64,000 nucleotides of DNA from Myxococcales bacterium (GTDB lineage: Bacteria; Myxococcota; Myxococcia; Myxococcales; 40CM-4-68-19): contig DASQAS010000108.1 of NCBI GenBank assembly GCA_035635635.1, positions 42,843 to 106,842 of the forward strand, written 5' to 3'. The notes beneath the pieces were generated by a model. It worked only from the letters and a program-made list of their open reading frames with translations, made no database searches and was not told where the DNA came from. A program made the position numbers and the translations under genes. Positions 9,151 through 18,250 of this stretch are shown here, in pieces. Numbering within the stretch: the first letter of the stretch is position 1; every line of letters begins with the position of its first letter.

Positions 9151-11487
9151 GTGCCTTCTGGCCGCTCCCTGATTACCGCTCCCGCGCAGGAGCTTCTCGG
9201 GTACGAGGACCTGGCCTCGCTGCCGGAGTCGACCGGCACGGACAAGCTGGTGCTCAAGCGCGGCAATCTCTTCGCGGTCGCGGGGCGGCTCGGCGACATC
9301 TGGCCCGCGGGAGCCCGCGACCAGGGCGCCTATTTCGAGGACACGCGGTTCCTCAGCAAGCTGCGGCTGACTGTCGCCGGCGGCCCTCCGGTGGTGCTCT
9401 CGACGCAGACGCGCGCCGAGTACACCTCCCAGGTCGACCTCACCGTGACCAGCACGCACTTCGGCGGCGTGTTCCAGGACCCGGTGAACTTCCTGCACCT
9501 GCGCCGGGAGCAGGTGATCGACGACCAATTCGCGGAGCGGCTGACGCTCACCAACTACCTGGTGCGCGACATCGACTACTGGGTCGAGTACGAGTTCGCC
9601 TCGGACTTCGCCGACCAGTTCGAGGTGCGCGGGGCGAAGCGGCCGATGCGGGGAACCTACTTTCGCCCCCTCGTCGACGATCGCCGGGTCGTCTGCTGCT
9701 ACCAGGGCCGCGACGGCGTCCTCTACCGGGCCGAGGTGCTCTTTCCCACCCGGGCGCCCGACCAGATCGACGGCGGTCGCGCGCGCTTTCACTTCCACCT
9801 CGGCCCCAATGAGAGCGCCTCGCTGGAGTTGCACGCGATCCCCTCGCTCTACGCCGTCCGCTCGGGCACCTCGGTGCGCGAAGCGGCGGATGCGGCGCGC
9901 CAGCCGGGTTTCAAGGCTCCGCCGATCCTGGCCGAAGAGCCGGAGGGCGGCTGGCTGTATCCCGGCTCGCACCCCGCCACGCAGCCGCCTGCGCCCCGCC
10001 GGTTCGAGGAGCGGACGTCCCGCGCGCGCGCCGACTACCGGCATTGGGCCGAGGTCTGCTCGAAGGTGGACACCGACGAGGAGGCGTTCGACTTCGCGAC
10101 CGCCCAGTCGACCGCGGACCTGAAAGCCCTCAGCGTCTACTGGGACGGACGCCGCATCATCTCCGCCGGCGTCCCGTGGTACGCGAGCCCCTTCGGGCGC
10201 GACGCGCTGATCACCGGATTCCAGGCGCTGCTGGTGAATCCGGAGGTGGCGCGCGAGGCGCTGCTCTTCCTGGCCGCGCACCAGGGCCGCAGGGTGGACG
10301 ACTTCCGGGAGGAGGAGCCGGGAAAGATCATGCACGAGATCCGGCGCGGCGAGCTCGCCCGCACCGGGGACGTGCCGCACACGCCCTACTACGGCAGCGT
10401 CGACTCCACGCCTCTTTTCATTATCCTCTACACAGAATATCTACGCTGGACCAACGATCGCGTCACGGGCGAGCAGCTCCTTCCCGCGGCCGAGTCCGCG
10501 CTGCGCTGGATCGAGCAATACGGCGACAAGGACGGGGATGGATTCGTCGAGTACCAGCGCAAGTCCGAACGGGGCCTGCGGAACCAGGGCTGGAAGGACT
10601 CCTGGGACGGCGTTCCGCACCTCGACGGCACGCCGGCCGACCCGCCCATCGCCCTGGTCGAGGTCCAGGGCTATTGCATCGACGCGCGGCGCCGGATGGC
10701 CCGTCTCTACCGCCAGATCGGGCGCCGCGAGGACGCCATCCGCTGCACCTCTGCCGCGCAGATGCTCTCCCGCCGTCTGGAGGAAGCGTTCTGGATGGAG
10801 AAATCGGGTACGTACGCCCTGGCGCTCGACGGCGCGAAGCGCCAGGTCCAGAGCATCACCTCCAATGCCGGGCACCTGCTCTTCTCGCGGGTGATCCCAG
10901 ACCAGCGCGCCCGGCGCGTCGCCCGCACGCTGATGTCGCCGGACAGCTTCTCCGGGTTCGGCATCCGCACCCTGGCGCGGGGGCAGGGGCCGTACAATCC
11001 GCTCAGCTACCACAACGGCACCGTCTGGCCTCACGACAACTCGCTGATCGCCATGGGCTTCTCGAACTATGGAATGCAGAAGCTGGCTGCCCAGGTGTTG
11101 TCGGGCGAGTACGACGCCTGTCGTCAATTCCGACACTACCGCCTGCCGGAGCTGTTCTGCGGGATGGGCCGCGGCGAGGGCGACCTGGTGGTCAGCTACC
11201 CGGTCTCGTGCTCGCCGCAGGCGTGGGCCTCGGGCGCGCTGTTCCTCATGCTCCGGGCCTGCCTGGGCCTGTATCCGGACGCCCCGCGCAAGGCGATCAA
11301 GATCGTCAATCCCGTGCTCCCGGACGCGATCCAGCGCCTGACGCTGGAGCGGCTGCGCGTCGGAGACACCCGCCTGACCCTGCAGTTCACGCGCACTGGC
11401 GAGGGCTGCTTTGCGGCGGTGCGCAAGATGGAAGGGGATCCGCTGGCGATCCGGATCGAGGTGGGCGCCCAGAGCGAGGAAACCTAG
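9151..11487 (+). CDS. Amylo-alpha-1,6-glucosidase / glycogen debranching enzyme family protein
   Basis: 778 aa with GDE_C-type motifs 'GSVDSTPLFIIL', 'NQGWKDSWDG', 'YHNGTVWPHDNS' and 'SCSPQAWASGA'. GTG start lies 1 nt after the GT4 stop. Confidence 0.85.
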   Translation: MPSGRSLITAPAQELLGYEDLASLPESTGTDKLVLKRGNLFAVAGRLGDIWPAGARDQGAYFEDTRFLSKLRLTVAGGPPVVLSTQTRAEYTSQVDLTVTSTHFGGVFQDPVNFLHLRREQVIDDQFAERLTLTNYLVRDIDYWVEYEFASDFADQFEVRGAKRPMRGTYFRPLVDDRRVVCCYQGRDGVLYRAEVLFPTRAPDQIDGGRARFHFHLGPNESASLELHAIPSLYAVRSGTSVREAADAARQPGFKAPPILAEEPEGGWLYPGSHPATQPPAPRRFEERTSRARADYRHWAEVCSKVDTDEEAFDFATAQSTADLKALSVYWDGRRIISAGVPWYASPFGRDALITGFQALLVNPEVAREALLFLAAHQGRRVDDFREEEPGKIMHEIRRGELARTGDVPHTPYYGSVDSTPLFIILYTEYLRWTNDRVTGEQLLPAAESALRWIEQYGDKDGDGFVEYQRKSERGLRNQGWKDSWDGVPHLDGTPADPPIALVEVQGYCIDARRRMARLYRQIGRREDAIRCTSAAQMLSRRLEEAFWMEKSGTYALALDGAKRQVQSITSNAGHLLFSRVIPDQRARRVARTLMSPDSFSGFGIRTLARGQGPYNPLSYHNGTVWPHDNSLIAMGFSNYGMQKLAAQVLSGEYDACRQFRHYRLPELFCGMGRGEGDLVVSYPVSCSPQAWASGALFLMLRACLGLYPDAPRKAIKIVNPVLPDAIQRLTLERLRVGDTRLTLQFTRTGEGCFAAVRKMEGDPLAIRIEVGAQSEET

Positions 11488-11516
11488 GAAAACTTTGCCC
11501 AGAGAAGCGGATTGCC

Positions 11517-11708
11517 CTACGCCGCTTGCTCACCCATCATCGACGCTCCGAAGGACTGCAGGGCCGGCACGCGCCGCTTCGCCAGGTCGACGACCCTGCG
11601 TCCGCGCTCGGTCTGTGTCAGCGCCTTGAACAACATGGCGCCAAACAGTGCAATGAGTCCTCCGGGAAGAATGATGGCTACGACGATCAGTGCGAGTTTC
11701 CGATTCAC
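11517..11708 (-). CDS. Small single-pass membrane protein (hypothetical)
   Basis: 63-aa ORF (GTG start) with one clear TM helix 'LALIVVAIILPGGLIALFGAMLF' followed by a basic tail. It lies in a locally lower-GC patch and its codon usage is atypical for the window. Confidence 0.35.
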   Translation of the reverse strand: MNRKLALIVVAIILPGGLIALFGAMLFKALTQTERGRRVVDLAKRRVPALQSFGASMMGEQAA

Positions 11709-11782
11709 GTCAAAGCATCAGTGCATGTACGGTGCCAGTGCGAAACTCCCTGCGCGGTGCGCGGCGTGTTACACAACCCGCC

Positions 11783-12709
11783 GTGGCCCAAGCCCTCCAG
11801 AGCGTCCAGGACGCCGCGGACCGCCTGCGGGCAGCCGGCTACCTGCCCTCGCCGGAGATCGCCTCGAGCGCCTTTCTGGCCGACCGGCTGGAGAAGCCCA
11901 TCCTGGTGGAAGGGCCGGCCGGGGTCGGCAAGACGGAGTTGGCGCGGGCCCTCGCGCACGCTACGGGGCGCACGCTCCTCCGCCTGCAGTGCTACGAGGG
12001 CCTCGACGAGTCCAAGGCGCTCTACGAGTGGGAGTATGCCAAGCAGCTGCTTTATACCCAGCTGCTCAAGGACAAGATCGCCGAGACCATCGCCGACGCG
12101 GGCACGCTGGCCGAGGCCGCGGAACGGATCGCGGGCTCCGAGGACTTGTTCTTCAGCGAGCGGTTCCTCTTGCCCCGGCCGGTCCTCGCGGCCATCCGCT
12201 CCAAGGACCCGGCCCTGCTGCTCGTCGACGAGATCGACAAGGCGGACCCGGAGTTCGAGGCTTTCCTGCTCGAGGTCCTTGCGGACAACGCGGTCACCGT
12301 TCCCGAGCTTGGCACGATCCGCGCCATCCATTCCCCGCGCGTGGTCCTCACCTCGAACGCCGCCCGCGAGCTCTCCGACGCCTTGAAGCGCCGGTGCCTG
12401 CATCTCTACATCGACTTTCCCACCGCGCAGCGGGAGCTGGAGATCGTCCGCTCTCGCGTGCCCGGCGTTTCCGAGCAGCTCGCGCGCAAGGTGGTGGCGG
12501 CGGTGCAGGCCGTGCGGAAGCTGGACCTCAAGAAGGCGCCGTCGATCAGCGAGACGCTGGACTGGGTGCGCGCGCTCACGCTGCTCAACGCGGCGACGCT
12601 GGATGCCCAGCTCGTCTCGGACACCCTCTCCGTCATCCTGAAGTACGAGGCGGACATCGCGAAGGCGAAAGATCACGTCGCGTATATCGCGGGCGCAGAG
12701 CTCAGGTGA
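11783..12709 (+). CDS. MoxR-like AAA+ ATPase
   Basis: Walker A 'EGPAGVGKTELA', Walker B 'LLLVDEIDKA' and 'LQCYEGLDESKALYEWEY'. Start is ambiguous: GTG at 11783 is preferred, and the track ORF opens at 11690. Confidence 0.8.
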   Translation: MAQALQSVQDAADRLRAAGYLPSPEIASSAFLADRLEKPILVEGPAGVGKTELARALAHATGRTLLRLQCYEGLDESKALYEWEYAKQLLYTQLLKDKIAETIADAGTLAEAAERIAGSEDLFFSERFLLPRPVLAAIRSKDPALLLVDEIDKADPEFEAFLLEVLADNAVTVPELGTIRAIHSPRVVLTSNAARELSDALKRRCLHLYIDFPTAQRELEIVRSRVPGVSEQLARKVVAAVQAVRKLDLKKAPSISETLDWVRALTLLNAATLDAQLVSDTLSVILKYEADIAKAKDHVAYIAGAELR

Positions 12710-12724
12710 CGTCCACGAGCATGG

Positions 12725-13300
12725 TTATCTGTGGCGACCGTCGAAGAGCGCCGGTTCCCGGCGCGCCTGCGCTTGCACCTGCTGGTCGAGATACCCCGGA
12801 TACCCGATCCGCACCGAGTGATCGCTCACCTCGGCCAGCTCGACGCCAGCCTTCTTGTCGGCGAGCAGGAAGCCTCCCCGCGACTTGAAGAGCAGGTAGA
12901 CCGCCGGGTCGTCCACCGACATGCCCTGCTCCTCGGTCCGGTAGGTGTCCTCGCCGACCTGGACCAGCACGACTCCGGGCGACACCTGCCGGGTGGCGAC
13001 GAACTTGAACGTCTTGAGCTGGACACCGGCATTGGCCCAGGGAGCCAGGTTGTGCCGCTCCACACCTGTCCGCTTCTTGAGGTGGGCAATGACGCCCAGC
13101 GTCCTCGGGTGCGTCAGACGCCGTGCGCCGTCCCAGTCCTTGCGGACCACGCGCGACAGGTATTGTTGCAAAGTCGCCTTTGCCAGGAAGACGTCGGGCG
13201 ATTCCTCGTCGAGCATGGACTGCACGCCCCGATCGCTCGAGGAATGCGCCAGCGACGCCGTGGCCATCGTTGCACAGACAAGCAAAGCTGCCAGAAACAT
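12725..13300 (-). CDS. Secreted hypothetical protein
   Basis: ATG at 13300 is preceded by GGGGAGGAAG. Signal peptide 'MFLAALLVCATMATASLA'. No family recognised. Confidence 0.55.
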   Translation of the reverse strand: MFLAALLVCATMATASLAHSSSDRGVQSMLDEESPDVFLAKATLQQYLSRVVRKDWDGARRLTHPRTLGVIAHLKKRTGVERHNLAPWANAGVQLKTFKFVATRQVSPGVVLVQVGEDTYRTEEQGMSVDDPAVYLLFKSRGGFLLADKKAGVELAEVSDHSVRIGYPGYLDQQVQAQARREPALFDGRHR

Positions 13301-13436
13301 TCGGGCTTCCTCCCCCAGACCCCGTCCCACGCAACCCCGCAGCCGCCGGGAAGCCGGCTGCCCCGCCTGAGCGACGGTGCACATCGCATGCCGGTGCGGC
13401 AAGAACCGGCGGTCCGGATCGGACCGCCAGGCGACA

Positions 13437-14996
13437 TCAGGCCGTGGCCCGATGGAGCGGGATCGCCTGCACGACGCGGTCGCGGCCGAGGCGTTTGGCT
13501 TCGTACAAAGCGCCGTCCGCCTTTTCGATCAGGCCGGCGACGTCCTCGGCGTCCACGCCGATGGTCGCCACTCCCACCGAGATGGTCACCGAGAGGGGTT
13601 CGTGCCCCTCCGGTCCGGGCATCGAGGTCCCGGCGACGATGCGGCGGAGCTTTTCCCCCACATCCAACGCCTCCGGCTTGCCCACGCGGGGCAGGACCAC
13701 GCAGAACTCCTCGCCGCCGTAGCGGGCGACGATGTCGATCTTGCGCACGTTCCGCCGGAGCGCGACCGCGACCCCGCGCAACACTCCGTCGCCCACGGTA
13801 TGGCCGTGCGCGTCGTTGATCCGCTTGAAGAGATCCAGATCGATCATCAGGAGCGAGACCGGTTCCGCGAATCGGAGAGAGCGGGAGAGCTCGTTCTCCA
13901 GCCGCAGGAAGAGCTGGCGCCGATTGGGGACTCCGGTGAGCGGGTCGGTGAACGACAGCTCCAGCGTCTGCTGGTAGAGGCGCGCGTTGGCGATGGCCAG
14001 GGCGGCCAGCGCGGCGATGGCCTCCGCCATGCGGATCTCCTGCGGCTTGAACGAGTCCAGTCGCGGCCGGTTGAAGTTCATCACGCCCAGCAGCCGGCCC
14101 TTGGCGCGCAGCGGAACGGAGAGGAACGAGCCGATGCTGCGCGTCTGTCCCTTGTAGTGGAGGTACCGCGGCTCTTGCGACACGTCCGGCACGTAGAGGG
14201 TCTCGCCGCGCGAGGCCGCCTCGCCGGAAATCCCTTCGCCCAGGTGGAAGCGCATCCCCCGCGCGTTCCTGGGTGCGCTGCCGGCGACGGCCTCGATCAC
14301 GAGCTGGTGCGAGGCCTCGTCCGACAGCATCACCGAGAACTCGCTGATCCCGAACCGCTCGCAGACCTGGTGACCGAGCAGCTCGAGCTGCTCGGGGAGA
14401 TCCAGCGTGCCCGAGACCGACTTCGAGACGTCGAGCAACAGCTCCATCTCGCGGACGTGGGCCTCGAGCCGCGTGTTGACCGACTTCAGCTCCTCCTGCA
14501 GCGAGAGGTCGTGGGTGAGCTTGGCGAGAGACTCCTTCGCCTCGATGTCCGCCACCGCCATGTCCGTGATCCGCGAGAGCATGGTGTTGAAGCTCCGCGA
14601 GAGGCGGCCCAGCTCGTCGTCGCTCTGCACCCGCGCCCGGACCAGGAACTCTCCCAGCTCGGCCCGGGCCATCACGCGCGAGAGGTGCTGGATCGGCTTG
14701 ATCAGGAAGTGCCGCGCGGCGAGCGCGATGGTCATGCCGGCGAACGTGAGGGCCAGCAAGGTGCCGAGGATGGCCCCGGTGCGCAGCTCCTGCAACGCCA
14801 GCGCGGCGTCCTTGAGCGCCAGCCGGTGGCTGTGCATCACCAAAGCGAGCAGCCCGACCAGCAGCACCACCGCCGAGGGAATGGCGGACGCGAGGATCAG
14901 CTTGAGAGCGAGCGACCGGCGGATGCGCGAGAGCACAACCGCCCGATTGTAGCGCCTCTGCGACGGACTGGCTTCAGGTGGGTTCGGAACCCACAT
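13437..14996 (-). CDS. Membrane HAMP-GAF-GGDEF diguanylate cyclase
   Basis: TM helices and a HAMP region ('DELGRLSRSFNTMLSRI'). GAF region ('GEGISGEAASRGETLYVPDV'). GGDEF domain with 'RYGGEEF' and an RxxD I-site ('RKID') five residues upstream. The start may instead be an internal GTG near 14936. Confidence 0.85.
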   Translation of the reverse strand: MWVPNPPEASPSQRRYNRAVVLSRIRRSLALKLILASAIPSAVVLLVGLLALVMHSHRLALKDAALALQELRTGAILGTLLALTFAGMTIALAARHFLIKPIQHLSRVMARAELGEFLVRARVQSDDELGRLSRSFNTMLSRITDMAVADIEAKESLAKLTHDLSLQEELKSVNTRLEAHVREMELLLDVSKSVSGTLDLPEQLELLGHQVCERFGISEFSVMLSDEASHQLVIEAVAGSAPRNARGMRFHLGEGISGEAASRGETLYVPDVSQEPRYLHYKGQTRSIGSFLSVPLRAKGRLLGVMNFNRPRLDSFKPQEIRMAEAIAALAALAIANARLYQQTLELSFTDPLTGVPNRRQLFLRLENELSRSLRFAEPVSLLMIDLDLFKRINDAHGHTVGDGVLRGVAVALRRNVRKIDIVARYGGEEFCVVLPRVGKPEALDVGEKLRRIVAGTSMPGPEGHEPLSVTISVGVATIGVDAEDVAGLIEKADGALYEAKRLGRDRVVQAIPLHRATA

Positions 14997-15018
14997 TCAG
15001 GGTCTTCAAGGAGGTCGC

Positions 15019-15096
15019 ATGCGCGTCTCAGGGATCATGACCAGGAATCCCGTCACCGTCTCGGTGGATACGACCGTCCTCGAGGTGGCGCGGCAG
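15019..15096 (+). pseudogene. Truncated CBS-domain gene start (remnant)
   Basis: 'MRVSGIMTRNPVTVSVDTTVLEVARQ' is a textbook start of a CBS domain. The frame then degenerates into Arg/Ala-rich shadow sequence. A T6 run at about 15113-15118 follows. Confidence 0.35.
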
Positions 15097-15166
15097 ACTT
15101 CGAAGCCAAGCGGCTTTTTTGCCCGCGCCGAGCCGATGCGGCACCCTGCAGTCCGTGCGTGCCGCC

Positions 15167-16183
15167 ATGGTCGTGCTCCTGATCTGCTGCGCCGCGCGCG
15201 CCGAGGAGATCCGCATCGAGGTTGCCCGCGGACGGCGGGCCGCGCGCATCGAGGCCGGCGGCCGCATGCACGCCGTGTCGGTGCGCGGGGCCGGTCTCTC
15301 CGTCAGCGGCAAGGAGGCCGAGTCGGTCGAGTTCGAGGGACCGCTTCGGCTCGACGGCCGCGAGCTGCCCGGCCGCCTGCGCGTCTTCGCCGATCACGGC
15401 GTGCTGGTGGCCGTGAACGCCGTGGACCTCGAGCAGTACGTGGCCGCGGTCGTGGCGAGCGAAGTCCCGCCGGGCTGGCCGCGCGAGGCCTTGCGGGCGC
15501 AAGCCGTCGCGGCGCGGACGTTCGCTGTGGTGCAGAAGATCTCCCAAGGGCCCGGCGCGCGCGCACACCTGGGCGCGTCCGTGATCGACCAAGTCTACCG
15601 GAACGCGGCGCACCCCCCGGCTTCCGCGCTGGAAGCCGCGCGAGCCACGGCCGGCGAGGTGCTCACCTGGGGCGCTGCGCCGATCGCCGCTTACTTCAGC
15701 GCGTCCTGTGGCGGCAAGAGCGAGAGCGCGGAGGCCGCGTTCCGGCTGCCGCCCGGGGCCACGCCGTACATCCGGGGCGGGGAAGAGGACGAGGACGCGC
15801 GGGAATGGACGGTGCGGATCCCGCTGGCGGAGATCACGCGCGCGCTGCGCAAGGCGCATCGGATGGAGGCGGAGGTCCGCGGCGTGTCGGTGCAGTCGCG
15901 GACCGCCAGCGGCAGGGCCGAGATGCTGGAGCTGGCGACGGCGGCGGGGGCGCGGCCCTTGCCGGCGGTCGAGCTGCGGCAGCTCCTCGGCTACACCCGG
16001 CTGCCGTCCCTTCAGTTCGAGGCGAGCAGCGAAGACGGGACCGCCGTCTTCCACGGCCGGGGCAGCGGGCACGGAGTGGGGCTCTGCCAGTGGGGGGCGA
16101 GAGGCCGGGCGATCAGGGGGGCGGACTATCGGGAGATTCTCGCGCACTACTATCCCGGAGCCGAGATCCGGCGGATGTATTGA
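15167..16183 (+). CDS. SpoIID/LytB-domain protein
   Basis: 'AYFSASCGGKSE' and 'GHGVGLCQWGA' are SpoIID motifs. ATG at 15167 gives the signal-like 'MVVLLICCAARA'. The track start is a TTG at 15119. Confidence 0.8.
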   Translation: MVVLLICCAARAEEIRIEVARGRRAARIEAGGRMHAVSVRGAGLSVSGKEAESVEFEGPLRLDGRELPGRLRVFADHGVLVAVNAVDLEQYVAAVVASEVPPGWPREALRAQAVAARTFAVVQKISQGPGARAHLGASVIDQVYRNAAHPPASALEAARATAGEVLTWGAAPIAAYFSASCGGKSESAEAAFRLPPGATPYIRGGEEDEDAREWTVRIPLAEITRALRKAHRMEAEVRGVSVQSRTASGRAEMLELATAAGARPLPAVELRQLLGYTRLPSLQFEASSEDGTAVFHGRGSGHGVGLCQWGARGRAIRGADYREILAHYYPGAEIRRMY

Positions 16184-16997
16184 GCGAGCGGCAGTAGAGC
16201 AGCACCAGGCCCGTCAGCGGCAGCGGGTACAGCACCATCCGGAGGACCGTGGAGATGATCGGCCGCCAGGGGCCGGCCGGCGCCCGCGCGGACGCGGCCG
16301 ATGCGAGCACGGTGAAGGCGAGGATCAGGATCCAGAGCAAAAGGGTTTCGCCCCAGTGGCAGCGCAACAGGGCCCAGGATCTCTCCAGCGCCGCCCGCCC
16401 CGAGATGCGTTCCACGACTACGATGGGCGCGGCCAGCGAGAACCCGGCGGCGAGCACCACGCCGGGGACGATGAAGAACAACGCGCCCAGCGCGACCAAT
16501 GCCGCCGCGAGCATCCCCGTCCACAGCAGCGCCCCGAGGCGCGAGGCCACGACCGCCCAGGCGTGCGCCGGGCCTGTCCTCTTGCCTCGTTCGAGGTGCA
16601 GCACCAGCGGCACCAGCGCGGCGTGGGCCAGGAACAGCCCGGCCAGGAGGATGGCGGCGATGATCGCAGTGGCGTACGCGATCGGGATCAGGTTGCGGAA
16701 GTAGGTCCGCACGTCGAAGGCCGAGCGGCCTTCGAGCGCCTCGCGGCCGATCTGCTGGACGCGGGCATCGCGATCCGCGTCCGAGGTGGGCGGCTTTTCT
16801 TGCAGGTCGCGCTGCTTCTTCTGCACCTGCTCCGCATGCGTGGTCTGCGCTTCCGCCACTCCGGCCGAGCCGAGCGAGGCGATCCCGAACAGGACCGCGC
16901 CCGCGGCCAGCAGATTCGCGGGCACCAGCGCGAGCGCGCAGGTGAGCACCAGCGCTCCGAAGTGCCTGCGGTAGAGTGCGAAGGCCTCGGCGAGCAT
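16113..16997 (-). CDS. Polytopic membrane protein (hypothetical)
   Basis: 294 aa with several hydrophobic helices ('ALVLTCALALVPANLLAAGAVLF', 'AIIAAILLAGLFLAHAALV', 'ALFFIVPGVVLAAGF'). Its start lies 5 nt after the stop of the upstream GT4 gene. Its 3' end overlaps the SpoIID 3' end by 71 nt (convergent). Confidence 0.6.
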   Translation of the reverse strand: MLAEAFALYRRHFGALVLTCALALVPANLLAAGAVLFGIASLGSAGVAEAQTTHAEQVQKKQRDLQEKPPTSDADRDARVQQIGREALEGRSAFDVRTYFRNLIPIAYATAIIAAILLAGLFLAHAALVPLVLHLERGKRTGPAHAWAVVASRLGALLWTGMLAAALVALGALFFIVPGVVLAAGFSLAAPIVVVERISGRAALERSWALLRCHWGETLLLWILILAFTVLASAASARAPAGPWRPIISTVLRMVLYPLPLTGLVLLYCRSLNTSAGSRLRDSSARESPDSPPP

Positions 16998-17002
16998 CCG
17001 GC

Positions 17003-18169
17003 TCAGGCCGCCCGAAGCTGCTGCTCGCGCAGCAGCGGGGCGCTGCCCAGGGCGCGCCGATACAGCGCGCCGTGGCCTTCGGCCATCCGGTCCAGCGACA
17101 GCTCGGCCTCCACTCGCCTCCGGCCGTGCGCTCCCATCTCGCGCGCCCGGTCCGGCGCGGAGAGCAGCGCGCCGAGCTTGTCCGCGAACGCCGCGGCATC
17201 GCCGTAGGGAACCAGAAAGCCGTTCTCGCCGTCGCGGATCAGCTCGGGGTTCCCGCCGACGCGGGCGGCGACCACCGGCAGCCGCGCCGCCATGGCCTCC
17301 ATCAGGGCATTCGAGAGGCCCTCCGCGCTGGAGCAGAGGCAGGCGGCCGTCGCGAGCCTCAAAATCGCCGGCACATCGAACCGTTGGCCGATCAGATGGA
17401 CGCGCTCCGACAGCCCGAGCTCCGCGATCCGGATCGACAGGTACTCGCGCTCAGGGCCTTCGCCGGCGCAAAGGAAGCGCACTTTCTGGAGGTCGGCCGG
17501 CAGGCGGGCTACAGCCTCGACCAGCGTGCGGTGCCCCTTCACCGGCCAGAGGTTTCCGATGACCGCCACGATCGGCGCGCCTTCCGGCACTGGCAGCGGT
17601 GCCTGCAGCTCCGCCGCCGCCGAGGCGTCGAAGTGCTGCAGGTCGATCCCGTTGCGCACGACCACGCAGTTCTCCGGCTTCACGCCCTCCTCGCGGATGC
17701 ACACCTCGCGCACCGCCTCGGCGTTGGCGACCACCAGGTCCGCCAGCCGCGCGTTGAGCTTCTCCGCCTGCCGGTGCCAACGGCCGAATCCGGCCCGGAG
17801 GTGTCCGAGGTCGACCCGGCTGACGATGGCCTTCGCGCCGGCCAGCCGCGCCGCGGCCTGCCCGAGCAGGTTGGTGTTGAAGTCCGTGGCGTGGACCACC
17901 CGGATGCCTTCCGCCCGGATCAGCGCCGCCATGCGTCCGATCTGGACCGCCGTGTTGGGCTGCAGCATCGAGCCCTTGAGGGAAAAGATCTCCGGCTCGT
18001 ACCCCAGCGCCCGGACTGGCTCCAGCATGGGGCCGGAGGCCTCCAGGCAGCCCACCACCGCACGGAACCCCGGAGGGTGCCGCCGCAGGCGCTCCACGAA
18101 CTGGCGCTCCGCGCCGCCGATCCAGAAACGGTTGACGAGGTGCAACACCGGAATGTCGGTCGAGAACAT
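17003..18169 (-). CDS. GT4-family glycosyltransferase
   Basis: 'IPVLHLVNRFWIGGAERQ' and the EX7E region 'SSAEGLSNALMEAMAARLPVVAARVGGNPELI'. Alternative ATG starts exist at 18190 and 18202. The track ORF extends artefactually to 18709. Confidence 0.8.
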   Translation of the reverse strand: MFSTDIPVLHLVNRFWIGGAERQFVERLRRHPPGFRAVVGCLEASGPMLEPVRALGYEPEIFSLKGSMLQPNTAVQIGRMAALIRAEGIRVVHATDFNTNLLGQAAARLAGAKAIVSRVDLGHLRAGFGRWHRQAEKLNARLADLVVANAEAVREVCIREEGVKPENCVVVRNGIDLQHFDASAAAELQAPLPVPEGAPIVAVIGNLWPVKGHRTLVEAVARLPADLQKVRFLCAGEGPEREYLSIRIAELGLSERVHLIGQRFDVPAILRLATAACLCSSAEGLSNALMEAMAARLPVVAARVGGNPELIRDGENGFLVPYGDAAAFADKLGALLSAPDRAREMGAHGRRRVEAELSLDRMAEGHGALYRRALGSAPLLREQQLRAA

Positions 18170-18250
18170 GGTCCCCCGCAGGGTGTGCATCCGAGTTCCC
18201 ATGCGCGAGTCCCTTGACAGCGGGCAGCGTTTCGCAGACGACACCGCGCC

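Noticed and set aside
15019-16197. 392-aa track ORF starting with a CBS-like sequence, taken as a full CBS protein.
   Set aside because: After 26 residues it becomes an Arg/Gly/Ala shadow frame over the well-supported SpoIID gene. Only the first 26 codons are kept, as a remnant.
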